Assembly: GCA_048885865.1 (NCBI GenBank)
Contig: JBHLLF010000002.1
Location: 128,001-192,000, forward strand
Length of the DNA: 64,000 bases
Source of the DNA: Candidatus Hermodarchaeota archaeon
GTDB taxonomy: Archaea > Asgardarchaeota > Thorarchaeia > Thorarchaeales > Thorarchaeaceae
Direction of reading: 5' to 3'
The position numbers and the translations under genes are program-made. This document shows, piece after piece, positions 18,528 to 28,851 of this stretch. Below the pieces are notes generated by a model. The model saw nothing but the letters and a program-made list of their open reading frames with translations. It had not been told where the DNA came from and did not search any database. Every line of letters begins with the position of its first letter. Within the stretch, counting starts at the first letter, position 1.

Positions 18528-19601
18528 TTGGCCAAATTGGGAAAAATGAAGGCTGGGATTCTTTACGGACCTAGGGATCTCAGGGTTGAGGAACTTGATA
18601 TTCCAAGCCTCAAACCTGGTTGGGTCTTGATCAAGGTGCGAGCAGCTGGAATTTGTGGAAGCGATTTACATCTGTACAAAGAGAAGACATTCATTCCAAT
18701 ATCATCTGTGATTGGTGAAGGAATCTATGTTCCAGGTCATGAGCTTGCAGGTGAAATTCAGGAGCTAGGCGAGGGTGTCACTGACCTTCAGGTTGGCGAC
18801 AGAGTGGTTGTTGAGCCCACAGTCAACTGTGGCAAGTGTGATTGGTGTAGAACCGGTCTGTATAATTTATGTGAGAATTCAGGACTAATCGGGTTTTACT
18901 ACATTGGTGGACTAGCTGAGTTTGTTGTAGCCCCAGCAGAGAAGTGCTTCAAGATTTCAGAGAAAACCTCGTTTGAAGAAGCGGCTATGATGGACTGCGC
19001 TGCAGTTGCCGAACGGGCCATCCGACGCGCTAAGGTATCTAACGAAGACAGAGTGGCCATCCTAGGTTCTGGGACCATCGGTCTCTTTGCAACTCAGGGT
19101 GTTCTAGCAGCTGGAGCCCGAGAGGTCTTTGTCACTGGCACACACAAATTTCAGATTGAGGCTGCGAAACGCTTTGGAGCAGCCGCTGCTATTAACGCAA
19201 GGACTGAAAACGTGGTTGAGAAAATAATGGAATTAACTTCTGGAAAGGGGGTGGATAAGGTCATTGAGGCAGTTGGAGGAGAAGCACCTGTCTTGGATGA
19301 GGGCGTCACCATTCTTAGGAGGCGCGGCATTATTGTTGCGACTGGCATCTTCTTGAATCCAGTGCCTATCAATATGTTCAGCCTCATTACCAAAGAAGTC
19401 ACACTAACGGGCGCGTGGGGATATGCATATTGGACCCATCTAAAGGAATTCGCTGTGTCCTTAGAGTTATTGGAATCAGGGAAAATCGATGCTAAGTCCT
19501 TGATTACTCACAAATTCCCACTCGAAAAGGCATCAGAAGCTTTTGATATCGCTTTGGATAAGAAGAAATCACAGTCTATCAAGGTCCAGATTACCTTCTA
19601 A
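18528..19601 (+). CDS. Zn-dependent alcohol/polyol dehydrogenase (MDR family)
   Basis: GICGSD, GHE, CGKCDWC-x7-C, GSGTIG. Confidence 0.92.
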   Translation: MAKLGKMKAGILYGPRDLRVEELDIPSLKPGWVLIKVRAAGICGSDLHLYKEKTFIPISSVIGEGIYVPGHELAGEIQELGEGVTDLQVGDRVVVEPTVNCGKCDWCRTGLYNLCENSGLIGFYYIGGLAEFVVAPAEKCFKISEKTSFEEAAMMDCAAVAERAIRRAKVSNEDRVAILGSGTIGLFATQGVLAAGAREVFVTGTHKFQIEAAKRFGAAAAINARTENVVEKIMELTSGKGVDKVIEAVGGEAPVLDEGVTILRRRGIIVATGIFLNPVPINMFSLITKEVTLTGAWGYAYWTHLKEFAVSLELLESGKIDAKSLITHKFPLEKASEAFDIALDKKKSQSIKVQITF

Positions 19602-19621
19602 TCGAAAAATCATGAACTAAG

Positions 19622-20140
19622 GTGAAAGAGTTGTCTGACGAATTAAGCTGGGAGCTATGCAACGAACTTGTTGCAGGAGAGATAGCCACTAGATGCTTGA
19701 TTGTTTCCTATTTCGTTCACAGATTGCCTAGGAAGTATGGCGAAGAGATCCTGGAAGACATCAAGCAGGCTAACTATGATGCTGGATATGTGGCAGGAAA
19801 GAATGCAGCCAAGGCAGTTGGCAAGAATGACCTCAAGACTCTTGGTGAGCTATTTGGGGGCACGAAAGTCTTCAATCCAGAAATAATTGGACTTACTGAG
19901 GATAGGGCAGTTATTCATTGGCGTAGATGTCCAGTCCCAACTCTCGTTGCTACATTCGAAGAGATGGGCTTGACTGAAGATTATCTAGCGACCGTCTGTC
20001 CAATACTCGAGCTATTTGACAATGGATTCGTTGAGGGTTGGAATCCTGAGCTAGAAGCCCAGAATCCTACAGAGGTTGGAGAAACACATCTGCAAAAGGG
20101 TGGCGATTTCTGTACAGTTGTGATTGCCAAGAAGAGCTGA
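19622..20140 (+). CDS. V4R-fold / 2-amino-thiazoline-4-carboxylate hydrolase-like protein
   Basis: RCP...C...FDNGFVEGWNP...LQKGGDFC pattern. Confidence 0.6.
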   Translation: MKELSDELSWELCNELVAGEIATRCLIVSYFVHRLPRKYGEEILEDIKQANYDAGYVAGKNAAKAVGKNDLKTLGELFGGTKVFNPEIIGLTEDRAVIHWRRCPVPTLVATFEEMGLTEDYLATVCPILELFDNGFVEGWNPELEAQNPTEVGETHLQKGGDFCTVVIAKKS

Positions 20141-20181
20141 ATTGAAGTCAGAGATTCTGGCTGTTAGTGGATTTATTAATT

Positions 20182-20952
20182 TCATCCCCCAGGGGTGTCA
20201 ACATCCTTGTACCACTTCTTTGATGTCCCAACTCTAGCTCTCATCTTCCAAGATCTGCCTTTTGGCTTGTCCTCAATGCTCTGAAGAAGCTCTTCTATTC
20301 GAGAACTTGCAACCTCCTTTTCTTGATTATCGAGAACAGTGAACTCACGCATCAATGATGCGACCTTTTTCAGGTTGGTAGTAACTGTATAATAGAACCC
20401 CCATTCCTTGGAGAGTATCTCAGCTATGTAGCCAGCATTGATGGTGTTCTCATCAGTATCGCCAATTTCGTGAGCTAAAATCAGCATGGTGGTGTCGATA
20501 ATGTCCTTCTCGCTAATCTTCACAATCTGCATCTTCTGAAGTAGCAATTCTGCAAGAGGAACGGTAGGACTATCAATTTCTAATCTCTTCTTATATTCGA
20601 TCTTATGACACATCTCTAGTCGATCAAGAAAGACATCTATATGTCGCCCATCAGAGTTGTTTATGAAAATCATTCTGCCTCCCAATGCAAAGCTAAAAGA
20701 GAGCAATCTTCGAGAGTAGTTTTGGCCTTCGAAGAACTTCTCTATTTTGGATGACTGTTTCTCATAGGCGACATAATCTATGTCAGTGATGAACCTACCC
20801 ATTTTCTCATGCAGATACGCATATTCTGGGCTGTGAAGTCGAATTGCTATTGCCCCCATGAGTCTAAGAATGATTCCTTGTTTGTTCGCCTCCTCGATGA
20901 TTCTAAGAGCTTCGTCAACAAACACTTGGTGATTTCCTTTCTCTCCTTCCAT
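20182..20952 (-). CDS. Nucleotidyltransferase-fold protein (copy A)
   Basis: LRLMGAIA, TDIDY, IDVFLD (Pol-beta superfamily G-x-x-A / DxD / D pattern); conserved LLLQKMQI..KD..D and WKMRARVG...WY. Start ATG 20952. Confidence 0.75.
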   Translation of the reverse strand: MEGEKGNHQVFVDEALRIIEEANKQGIILRLMGAIAIRLHSPEYAYLHEKMGRFITDIDYVAYEKQSSKIEKFFEGQNYSRRLLSFSFALGGRMIFINNSDGRHIDVFLDRLEMCHKIEYKKRLEIDSPTVPLAELLLQKMQIVKISEKDIIDTTMLILAHEIGDTDENTINAGYIAEILSKEWGFYYTVTTNLKKVASLMREFTVLDNQEKEVASSRIEELLQSIEDKPKGRSWKMRARVGTSKKWYKDVDTPGG

Positions 20953-21000
20953 GTACAACACTTCGAGGAATAGCAAATTCCTGGCTTGAATTCTGTAACG

Positions 21001-21008
21001 TTTAAATA
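21001..21008. promoter_or_regulatory. Putative bidirectional TATA box between NTase A and phosphoesterase A
   Basis: TTTAAATA (reverse TATTTAAA) in the 90-bp gap between divergent starts 20952 and 21043. Confidence 0.45.
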
Positions 21009-21042
21009 TCTATTTCGGCCGCTGGCTTTGCGAGGTTTAATC

Positions 21043-21993
21043 TTGACCCGCATCTTCTTCTCCTGTGATGCTCACGGAAGCGTTCCGGTCCTTCGCAAGA
21101 TGGTGAAAGTCCACGAGGCCTACAATTGCGATGTTGTCATGATGTGTGGTGACCTCACCGGAAAGGCAGTTGTGCCTATCGTTGAGGAGAAGCCAGGCGT
21201 CTGGTGGTCATCACCGTGGGGACGAAAGGAAACATACAAGTCCGAGAAGGACCTTCAAAGGGCTAAAGACATCTATGAGAAACGCGGCTTCTATTGGTTC
21301 TTCTCAAATGAGTCGGAACTAGAAGAGCTTCAAGATTCGCCAGAGAAAGTCAAATCCCTTTTTCAGAAGCTGATGCTTGAGCGAATGGAGTTTTGGATTA
21401 ATCTCATTGAGGAGAAAGTTCCTAATGACATAATGGTCATAGTGAGTCCTGGAAACGATGATGCAAAGGATATTGATGAGCTCATTATGAAAAGCAGTCG
21501 GATTACGCAGTCTATCGAAAAAGTTGTTGATCTTGACGATAGACATCAGATGATCTCCTGTGAATGGGTGAATTCAACGCCTTGGGATACTCCGCGTGAG
21601 TGTCCTGAGGATGAGTTAATGGTCAAGCTGGAGACGGAATTTGGTCGAATCAGCACACATGAGAATCTAGTCTGCAACTTCCATGCCCCTCCGTATGGGA
21701 CACTGATAGATCTTGCACCAAAACTGGATGACAAGCAACAGGTTAAGGTCCGATATGGAGCTCCTGAAATGGTGCCTGTTGGAAGCAAAAGCGTCCGCGA
21801 AACCTTCGAGAGATACCAGCCTCTCCTAGGTCTTCACGGACATATCCATGAATCAGTAGGTATGGAACACATTGGTCGTACACTCTGCGTCAATCCAGGC
21901 TCCGCATACACGCAGGGTATGTTGAATGCATTTGTAATTGATCTGCCTAGGAAGCCAGAAGAAGAGGTGGTAGCGGTCAGTGTGACAGCTTAG
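21043..21993 (+). CDS. Calcineurin-like metallophosphoesterase (copy A)
   Basis: DAHGS, GDLTGK, PGNDD, HAPP, HGHIHES, NPGS. TTG start 21043 behind GAGGT. Confidence 0.9.
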   Translation: MTRIFFSCDAHGSVPVLRKMVKVHEAYNCDVVMMCGDLTGKAVVPIVEEKPGVWWSSPWGRKETYKSEKDLQRAKDIYEKRGFYWFFSNESELEELQDSPEKVKSLFQKLMLERMEFWINLIEEKVPNDIMVIVSPGNDDAKDIDELIMKSSRITQSIEKVVDLDDRHQMISCEWVNSTPWDTPRECPEDELMVKLETEFGRISTHENLVCNFHAPPYGTLIDLAPKLDDKQQVKVRYGAPEMVPVGSKSVRETFERYQPLLGLHGHIHESVGMEHIGRTLCVNPGSAYTQGMLNAFVIDLPRKPEEEVVAVSVTA

Positions 21994-22010
21994 CGTATTT
22001 TGGTGGGTGA

Positions 22011-22709
22011 TTGAAGATGTCCATTGATAGTGGCGAAAGAAGGCGTGCAAAGGGGAAAGCCAAGAGGTCGCAACCAGGTGAAGTTGATACTGATGATTTA
22101 CGAAAAGCAATCTACCACATTGACGCCTATCGGTCGCACATCTTCTACAATCTCAGTTTCGTAGAAAAGATGGTGGAGCAGGGAACCCTTGGGCGCATAT
22201 TTGGAGAAAACTGGAAGAAGCTGAGTAGAAGACTCATTAGAATGGCACGTGGTCCCACATCAAATCCCCATACTCTTCGTCTTGCACGGTATCAGTCGTA
22301 TACCGAAGCATTCTGGCAGATAGCAATACCTATTGTCTTCATCTTGCTGATAGTTGGCCTCATCGCACCGGATATTCCATTTATCAGTACGATTGCCCCA
22401 TATGTAATGATTGTTGCATTTTCTGCAATGATAATTGGACTTCTCGGAAGATCTCTAATTGGAGCGCGCATTGCGAAGAGTATCGATGAATACTTTAAGA
22501 ATAATCCCGAGGCGCAGCAACTTCGAGTTGAAGAATTGAAATCAGTAGTCCAATTGTTAATCAATGAACTGCGACGTGCACTGCATCAATTGAAAGAAGA
22601 GCCTGATGAACATCTGGTTGGAATTGGGCTTTTAGACTATAATCACATCGAAGTCGTGAAAGAGCCCAGGCCCTGGCGGAAATACTACCTAGTGAAGGTT
22701 ACGTTCTGA
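22011..22709 (+). CDS. Uncharacterised 2-TM membrane protein (copy A)
   Basis: Basic N-terminus, two TM helices, C-terminal DYNHIEVVKEPRPWRKYYLVKV; paralog of 34344-35051. Confidence 0.75.
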   Translation: MKMSIDSGERRRAKGKAKRSQPGEVDTDDLRKAIYHIDAYRSHIFYNLSFVEKMVEQGTLGRIFGENWKKLSRRLIRMARGPTSNPHTLRLARYQSYTEAFWQIAIPIVFILLIVGLIAPDIPFISTIAPYVMIVAFSAMIIGLLGRSLIGARIAKSIDEYFKNNPEAQQLRVEELKSVVQLLINELRRALHQLKEEPDEHLVGIGLLDYNHIEVVKEPRPWRKYYLVKVTF

Positions 22710-22884
22710 AGTCTACCTATATCTCATGCTTGGAAATTCTAAGGACAACTGATGAACTTTAAACATAGTAGTCTACTCATTAAACAAAAACGGGAACTCT
22801 TATTACACAGAACACCTCCATTAGCGATTCATCTTCTCTGATTTAAGTTCGGAGGAGGTTAAAAGAAATAGAGGGAGAGATTAG

Positions 22885-24465
22885 ATGTCACAAGAAGTAC
22901 TCTTTCTAAGGCCAACCTCAGGGCTGACCAAGTATTTCGGTACATGGACCTCTCTGTTCGCAATTATTGGTGCAAGTCTAGGAACGTATCAATGGCTATT
23001 TGTTGGTATTCTACAGGATCTCTACCCGGGTATCAATGCCGGCATGACATGGGGAATAGGTATGTTCTTCATGCTCCTGTATACCCTCATGATGACACTC
23101 CTGTCTATGGCCATGCCTCGTTCTTCAGGCCTATACCAAATCTCTGCAAGAGGATTTAATCCAGTTGCGGGGACAATTGCGGTTTGGCGTGGTATAATAG
23201 CCAATCCCATCATCAAGACAAGTGAGTTCTACCTCTTTCTTGTATTCCTGGGCGCTGCATTCGCTCAGTGGGGCGCAGTTACGAATAATGCCGCAATGCA
23301 AGGACTCGGGGCTACCTTCTCCACACAGGAGCCGATGGTACTTGTTTTTGTTTCAATTCTATTAATGGCGTTATTCTCAGTAATTGCATACTTAGGGCCA
23401 TTACTCAAGATGGAACCCAGGATACAGATGGCGGGAGGGGTCTTCTCCACAATTGGATGGTTAATGGCGCTCTTCGTTCTCCTTGGTACTCCAACAACTG
23501 CTGTCCAGGGCCGCTGGGATGCAGTTTGGGGTGCAGGAGCGTATACAGAGGTGCAAACAGTGGCCGCTGCTGCAGGGTATGCAGCACCGGTGTTTAGTAT
23601 AGAAATGACACTGTTGGCAACGGTGTGGCCTATAGGCCTAACGTGGCCATATCTTATCCTGCTTTATGGTGGAGAGGTATCAGATCCAGCAAAGAACCTA
23701 GTGCTGACTCAGCTTCTGGGTGGGCTAATTCTTGCTGGATTGTTAACAGCAGGTGCTGGACTATTCCAAGGGGTCTTTGGGACCTTCTCAAGTGAATATG
23801 GCGTGGCAGCAGCATCAGGCAACTTGACGCAAACAGGTGTCTTCCAAGGAGGCTTAGGGACATTCACTGCGGTGTTAGCTGCAAATCCGTTTATCTCTGG
23901 ATGGATATTACTTTCACCAGTAGTCATCGGACTTACAGCAACTCCAATAAATATGGCGTGGGTCACGAGAGGATTCTTCCAGGCTTCACTCGACAGAATG
24001 ATGCCATCCGTCTTCGGCAGGCTCTCGAAGTATCACACACCAACCTATGCAATCCTATACTACTTCCTATTTGGTGCTCCGTTTGCATTTGCCTACGCAA
24101 ATCCAGGGCTAAGTGGCTTCCTGGCCGTAGTCACTTCGCTAGTGGGATTGTGGGGCATCGAGATGCTATTCCAGTCAATGGCTGCGTTACAATTGCCCTT
24201 CATACGGCGGCCGTTATATGAAGGGAGTATAAGAGCGCAACCTGAGATCGGCGGATTTGCCTTGGTATCGTTACTTGGCGTAATCATATTGCCAGTATCG
24301 TTATTCCTATTGATTGGCTTCTTCCAAGGGGCAGCATTTCTGTCGATCGTCTCGATGTGCGTCCAATATGGATTCTCGGCGTTATGGTTTGTGTATTTTG
24401 CACGGCGGTTACAGAAGCAGAATATAGACCTCGATGCAATATACACGTCATTATCACCTGAGTAA
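22885..24465 (+). CDS. APC-family amino acid permease (copy A)
   Basis: FLRPTSGL, MPRSSGLY, GGEV..P, SLDRMMP..F, about 12 TM segments. Confidence 0.9.
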   Translation: MSQEVLFLRPTSGLTKYFGTWTSLFAIIGASLGTYQWLFVGILQDLYPGINAGMTWGIGMFFMLLYTLMMTLLSMAMPRSSGLYQISARGFNPVAGTIAVWRGIIANPIIKTSEFYLFLVFLGAAFAQWGAVTNNAAMQGLGATFSTQEPMVLVFVSILLMALFSVIAYLGPLLKMEPRIQMAGGVFSTIGWLMALFVLLGTPTTAVQGRWDAVWGAGAYTEVQTVAAAAGYAAPVFSIEMTLLATVWPIGLTWPYLILLYGGEVSDPAKNLVLTQLLGGLILAGLLTAGAGLFQGVFGTFSSEYGVAAASGNLTQTGVFQGGLGTFTAVLAANPFISGWILLSPVVIGLTATPINMAWVTRGFFQASLDRMMPSVFGRLSKYHTPTYAILYYFLFGAPFAFAYANPGLSGFLAVVTSLVGLWGIEMLFQSMAALQLPFIRRPLYEGSIRAQPEIGGFALVSLLGVIILPVSLFLLIGFFQGAAFLSIVSMCVQYGFSALWFVYFARRLQKQNIDLDAIYTSLSPE

Positions 24466-24475
24466 ATCCACCATA

Positions 24476-24518
24476 GCCTGAGGACTAACAACCCTCGGGC
24501 ATCCCCTTCTTTTTTTTT
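24476..24518 (+). terminator. Hairpin plus T-tract terminator after APC A
   Basis: GCCTGAGG...CCTCGGGC stem followed by ATCCCCTTC and a run of T. Confidence 0.65.
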
Positions 24519-24691
24519 GAATTGAATCTTCATGAATATAATATAAGTTAAATCCCAGCGACTATCAGTCGTTTAAGAAGAACGACTAGAGATATAAGAC
24601 CCACAGACAATAAGCGAGGTTGCGTGAAGCGTTCAAGCAGCTCACAATTCTGTGTATTCATGCTTGTATCATATACAGGAGGAGAAATGAC

Positions 24692-25342
24692 ATGAGTCCC
24701 GATATATTCGAGGATTTGGAAAAAGCCGTCATTGAAGGAGATTCTGAGCAATGCGAGGATCTCGCAAAGAAATCATTGGAGCAAAACATACCTCCCCTTG
24801 ACGCTATCACCAATGGACTTGCAAAAGGCGTGAAATCTGTTGGAGACAAGTTCAGCAAAGGGGAAGTCTTTCTGGTTGAGCTAATCATGGCTGGAGATGC
24901 CATGAAAGCTGGCATGTCTGTCTTACTACCAGAAATAAAAGCATCCAAGGCTGAGATGAAGACGCTTGGAAAGGTCATACTTGGTACTGTGGCGGGTGAT
25001 ATCCATAGCATCGGCAAGGATATTGTCGCTACACTTCTAGAAGCAGAGGGTTTTGAAGTGATTAACGTTGGTGAGGATATTGCCTCTGAGGTATTCGTTG
25101 AGAAGGTGAAGGAACACTCACCCGACATATTAGGACTGTCTTCTCTATTGACAGCTACAATGCCAGCGCAAAAGGAAGTTATCGAAAAGCTAGTTGAAGC
25201 TGGATTGAAGGATAAAGTGAAGGTCATTATTGGAGGGGCGCCCACAACCAATGAGTGGGCAGTCGAAATAGGGGCTAATGGCTGGGCGGGAGATGCAGTT
25301 AGTGCAGTTGAACTAGTGAAGCAGCTGGTAGGCGAGAATTGA
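24692..25342 (+). CDS. Corrinoid (B12-binding) methyltransferase protein, MttC/MtbC-like
   Basis: GDIHSIGK (DxHxxG), SSLLT.TM, IIGGAP. ATG 24692 behind GGAGG. Confidence 0.93.
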   Translation: MSPDIFEDLEKAVIEGDSEQCEDLAKKSLEQNIPPLDAITNGLAKGVKSVGDKFSKGEVFLVELIMAGDAMKAGMSVLLPEIKASKAEMKTLGKVILGTVAGDIHSIGKDIVATLLEAEGFEVINVGEDIASEVFVEKVKEHSPDILGLSSLLTATMPAQKEVIEKLVEAGLKDKVKVIIGGAPTTNEWAVEIGANGWAGDAVSAVELVKQLVGEN

Positions 25343-25359
25343 ACTAGAGGTGATATTGC

Positions 25360-26799
25360 ATGTTTAATTTACTAGGTAGAAACGAAATAGCCGACATCCA
25401 TGTAGCAGCCATGGAGGTTCTTGAAAATGTTGGAGTAATGGTTCAACATGATAAGGCACTGAAACTACTCGGGGATGCAGGAGCAGATGTAGATAAGAAG
25501 TCCAAAGTGGTGAAAATCCCTGAGAGCCTGTTGCAGGATGCTCTGCAGAAATCGCCTGGAAGGCATTTGATGGCATCGCGGAATCCGAAGTACGATTTTG
25601 TGATTGGAGATGGAGCGTCATATTATACGAATGCATTTGGAGCTCATTATACTATAGACTTGGAAACGGGTGAACGAAGACTATCTACACTGAAGGATCT
25701 AGAGGAGTTCACACTTCTTGCAGATTACTTCGCAACTGTAGACTACATCAAGCCAAACATCCTTCCACAAGATGTGTCTAAAACCATCTGGGAACAAGAA
25801 ATGGCTTTGGCTATGTTCAAAAGTGCTGAGAAGCATCTAAGCTTAGTCGCATTAACTCCTCAGGGGTGGAGAGATGTGATTAGAATGTCAATGATTGTGG
25901 CTGGGGGTGAGGAGGAGTTCATCAAGAATCCATCCTTTATTGATACAGGATTCAATAATGTTCCCCCCCTCAAGTATACGCCAGAAATCATTGATATGAT
26001 CCTGGAATGCGCGAAATACAAGATACCATTTGACATCAGTACTGGTGCCCTCGCTAGCGCCAGTGCTCCAGTTACGCTAGCAGGAACAATAGTGCAGGGG
26101 ATAGTTGAGAACCACGTAATTGTAGTCCTAACTCAGCTTGTGGGACCTGGTACACCCATTATGTGGGGGTCCTGCGCAACCATTCTTGACCAACGATATG
26201 GGACCGCAGCCTATGGGTCGCCTGAGAATGGACTAATTCACGCGGCGTTTTCCCAGATGGCTCGATTCTATGGCATTCCCTACTACGGTGCGGCTGGAGT
26301 CATTGACTCAAAGATTCCTGATCATCAGGCCGTATATGAGAACACCATCAATGTACTAGTTGCAACCCTTGCTGGCGCTGATGTTGTACACGACGCAGTA
26401 TACGGAATAGTTGAAGCTGGAGTGACTGCTAGCTATGAGTTGTTCGGAATAAGCAATGAAATCTGTGGAGCCATAAAGCGAATCGCAAAAGGTATGAGAG
26501 TGACAAAGGAGACCCTTGCTGCTGATCTTATTGCAGCAGTGGGACATGAAAAGAACTATCTCAATACCCCAGAAGCATTGAGATTTACAAAGAAGCATCT
26601 ACTAGAGGAACAATGGCAGCCTGTTTTGACTGAACGGGCTTCCAGACCGGAATGGGAAAAGAGAGGTTCGAAAGACATGTTCCAGAGGGCAAAGGAACAA
26701 GTCAAGGAGATTCTCTCCAGTCATGAGGTTGAACCTCTGGGCAAAGATGTGGAAGCAGAAATGCGGAAGATTATAGACAAGAGATCTAAAGGAAAATAG
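25360..26799 (+). CDS. MttB-superfamily methyltransferase, non-pyrrolysine
   Basis: SAPVTLAG, PGTP, GSPE, FYGIP...DSKIPDHQA.YE. The position equivalent to Pyl is Val (GVIDSK); no in-frame TAG. Confidence 0.9.
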   Translation: MFNLLGRNEIADIHVAAMEVLENVGVMVQHDKALKLLGDAGADVDKKSKVVKIPESLLQDALQKSPGRHLMASRNPKYDFVIGDGASYYTNAFGAHYTIDLETGERRLSTLKDLEEFTLLADYFATVDYIKPNILPQDVSKTIWEQEMALAMFKSAEKHLSLVALTPQGWRDVIRMSMIVAGGEEEFIKNPSFIDTGFNNVPPLKYTPEIIDMILECAKYKIPFDISTGALASASAPVTLAGTIVQGIVENHVIVVLTQLVGPGTPIMWGSCATILDQRYGTAAYGSPENGLIHAAFSQMARFYGIPYYGAAGVIDSKIPDHQAVYENTINVLVATLAGADVVHDAVYGIVEAGVTASYELFGISNEICGAIKRIAKGMRVTKETLAADLIAAVGHEKNYLNTPEALRFTKKHLLEEQWQPVLTERASRPEWEKRGSKDMFQRAKEQVKEILSSHEVEPLGKDVEAEMRKIIDKRSKGK

Positions 26800-26812
26800 A
26801 AGGAACGAAGGA

Positions 26813-27292
26813 GTGTTAGAGATGGAGGAACCCTCAGCGGACGATGTCAGAAAAGTCGGTATGTCTACAGTGGCTGCTGCGCATACTGTATATGTTGAAA
26901 CAGTGAGAAGGCAATTCGGTGAGAAAGGGCTTGAGGCACTTGGCGAGGCAAATCGTCTTCATGGCATAGAACTGGGAGAGGATGGTGTCAAGAGCGGAGG
27001 ACTCAGAAAAGGTGATCTAAGGTCTATTTACGAGTTCTTTGCTGCCGCTCATCCTTTCTTTGGATTTGAACTAGAGATATCTGACATTTCGGATACTTTA
27101 CTTGACCTCAAAGTCACTGCGTGTCCATGGATTGACACATTTCGAACAAAGGGTGCCAATGAAGACATCTGTCACTGGGTATGCAAGATTGACGAAGGCA
27201 TCGCGCAAGCAGTTGACTCAGACCTCAGCATGACCATTCCTCTTTGCATGATGCGTGGAGATAACTATTGCATCTATAGATGGCAGAAGTAG
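26813..27292 (+). CDS. V4R-fold / ATC-hydrolase-like protein (second copy)
   Basis: VTACPW...ICHWVCKIDEG...CMMRGDNYC. Confidence 0.65.
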   Translation: MLEMEEPSADDVRKVGMSTVAAAHTVYVETVRRQFGEKGLEALGEANRLHGIELGEDGVKSGGLRKGDLRSIYEFFAAAHPFFGFELEISDISDTLLDLKVTACPWIDTFRTKGANEDICHWVCKIDEGIAQAVDSDLSMTIPLCMMRGDNYCIYRWQK

Positions 27293-27465
27293 ACAGCTAC
27301 CCCTTTCAAAGGAATGCTGGAACACCTAAGAGGCAAATGTGAATCTACATCCACTCCTTTTGGACCTTTAACATGGTTTAAACCGGAGTGCTTAATTAAC
27401 CCCGGACCACACTCCTTCGTTAAATCACGGATAGTGAGGTCCGTCCTCAGACTGGAGGTCCTAAT

Positions 27466-28851
27466 ATGGTTGATGTGAAGAAGATAACGGAGCTTCTCGT
27501 CGATGTGGTTGGCTCAGACCGAGTTACCGATAGGGACTTCGATATTATCCCCTATAGCAGAGACCTTAGTCCTGCAAAGCAGAAGAAGCCGAGCCACGTA
27601 GTGATGCCAGAAACCCGTGAAGAAATTCAGGGCATTCTGAAGATTGCCAATGACATTGATGTTCCAGTATATGTCAGGGGCGGCGGCACCTCACACTGGG
27701 ATGCCTTTCTCCCTCAGGTATCTGGTCCAAGTATTATGTTAGACCTGGGAAGGATGAACAAGATTCTTGACATAAATGAGAGGGATCTTGTGGCGACTGT
27801 CCAACCCAACTGTACCTGGGCCAAGTTGGATCAGGAACTACGTGACAAAGGTCTAACCTATCTTTGCAGTGAAGCTGGCGGTCCTGCCATGACTATTGGC
27901 GGCTCAGTGATGAAAGCCGGAGGAGGTCCACATTCCACTGCAAAGTTCGGATTCCATGGGAATCAAGATGTGATAACTCTCGAAATGGTCATGCCAAATG
28001 GTGATGTTGTGGAAACAGGCAGTGCCGCTTGGCCTAGTGCAGGTAAGTTTGAACGGCAATGCCTGGGCCCAGACCTGGCTGGGATGTTCATAGGCGCAGA
28101 GGGAATTCTTGGAATCTGCACTGAACTAACTCTGCGAATTCGTCCCGCGGTTGATATTAGTGAGCGGTTGACTGCGGTCATGCCAACGCTTGATGAAGTG
28201 ATTGAGTTCGGCCATTTCATCAATCAGCATGTGGGGGATGAGTTTTTGCAGGGGATATACCTGTGGGTGGATCCTACTGCTCCTGATGTGTTCTTTCTGA
28301 TGATGGATATCTTTGGCTATGAGCAAGAGATTGTCGCACATCGCAAGAAACGAATTGAGGATAAGATTAAGGAGCTGGGCGGTGAGATTGGAGACCGTGC
28401 CCCTGCAGATGACTATTATGGTCGGATTCTTACAGGGCTCACTGATTTGTTCAAAACTGGTGTTTGGCACTTCTTTGGCTCAGGCTCTTTGAGAATAGAT
28501 GATATCTCATTTCTTTACAAGGTCTGGAGGGAGGAGGTTATCGAGAAGAGAGGATACACAAAGGCTGGATTTGGTGGACAGGTCCTGCCGAGGCGATGGC
28601 TGGCCTTCATGGTAACTAACTACAAAGAGCCTGAAGAATGGGATGAGCTTGTCAAGATGTGTGATGAGATAGATGAAATGGTGCTGGCTGGGCCAGTGGT
28701 TCCTTATGGAATAGGCGGGCGAGACGGGCTTCGTCAATTTGTAGCTGCACGTGACACTGGCTATTATCGCTTGCTGAAGACTTTGAAGCGAACACTAGAT
28801 CCCAAGAATATCCTGCAACGTGGCATATTCATACCGGAGGAGGAGTTCTGA
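27466..28851 (+). CDS. FAD-binding oxidoreductase (GlcD-like, second copy)
   Basis: RGGGTS, TIGGSV, FIGAEGILGI, LDPKNIL. Confidence 0.9.
   Translation: MVDVKKITELLVDVVGSDRVTDRDFDIIPYSRDLSPAKQKKPSHVVMPETREEIQGILKIANDIDVPVYVRGGGTSHWDAFLPQVSGPSIMLDLGRMNKILDINERDLVATVQPNCTWAKLDQELRDKGLTYLCSEAGGPAMTIGGSVMKAGGGPHSTAKFGFHGNQDVITLEMVMPNGDVVETGSAAWPSAGKFERQCLGPDLAGMFIGAEGILGICTELTLRIRPAVDISERLTAVMPTLDEVIEFGHFINQHVGDEFLQGIYLWVDPTAPDVFFLMMDIFGYEQEIVAHRKKRIEDKIKELGGEIGDRAPADDYYGRILTGLTDLFKTGVWHFFGSGSLRIDDISFLYKVWREEVIEKRGYTKAGFGGQVLPRRWLAFMVTNYKEPEEWDELVKMCDEIDEMVLAGPVVPYGIGGRDGLRQFVAARDTGYYRLLKTLKRTLDPKNILQRGIFIPEEEF

Noticed and set aside
25360-26799. Pyrrolysine-containing trimethylamine methyltransferase
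   Set aside because: No in-frame TAG; the equivalent residue is Val; TAG is an ordinary stop for many genes here.
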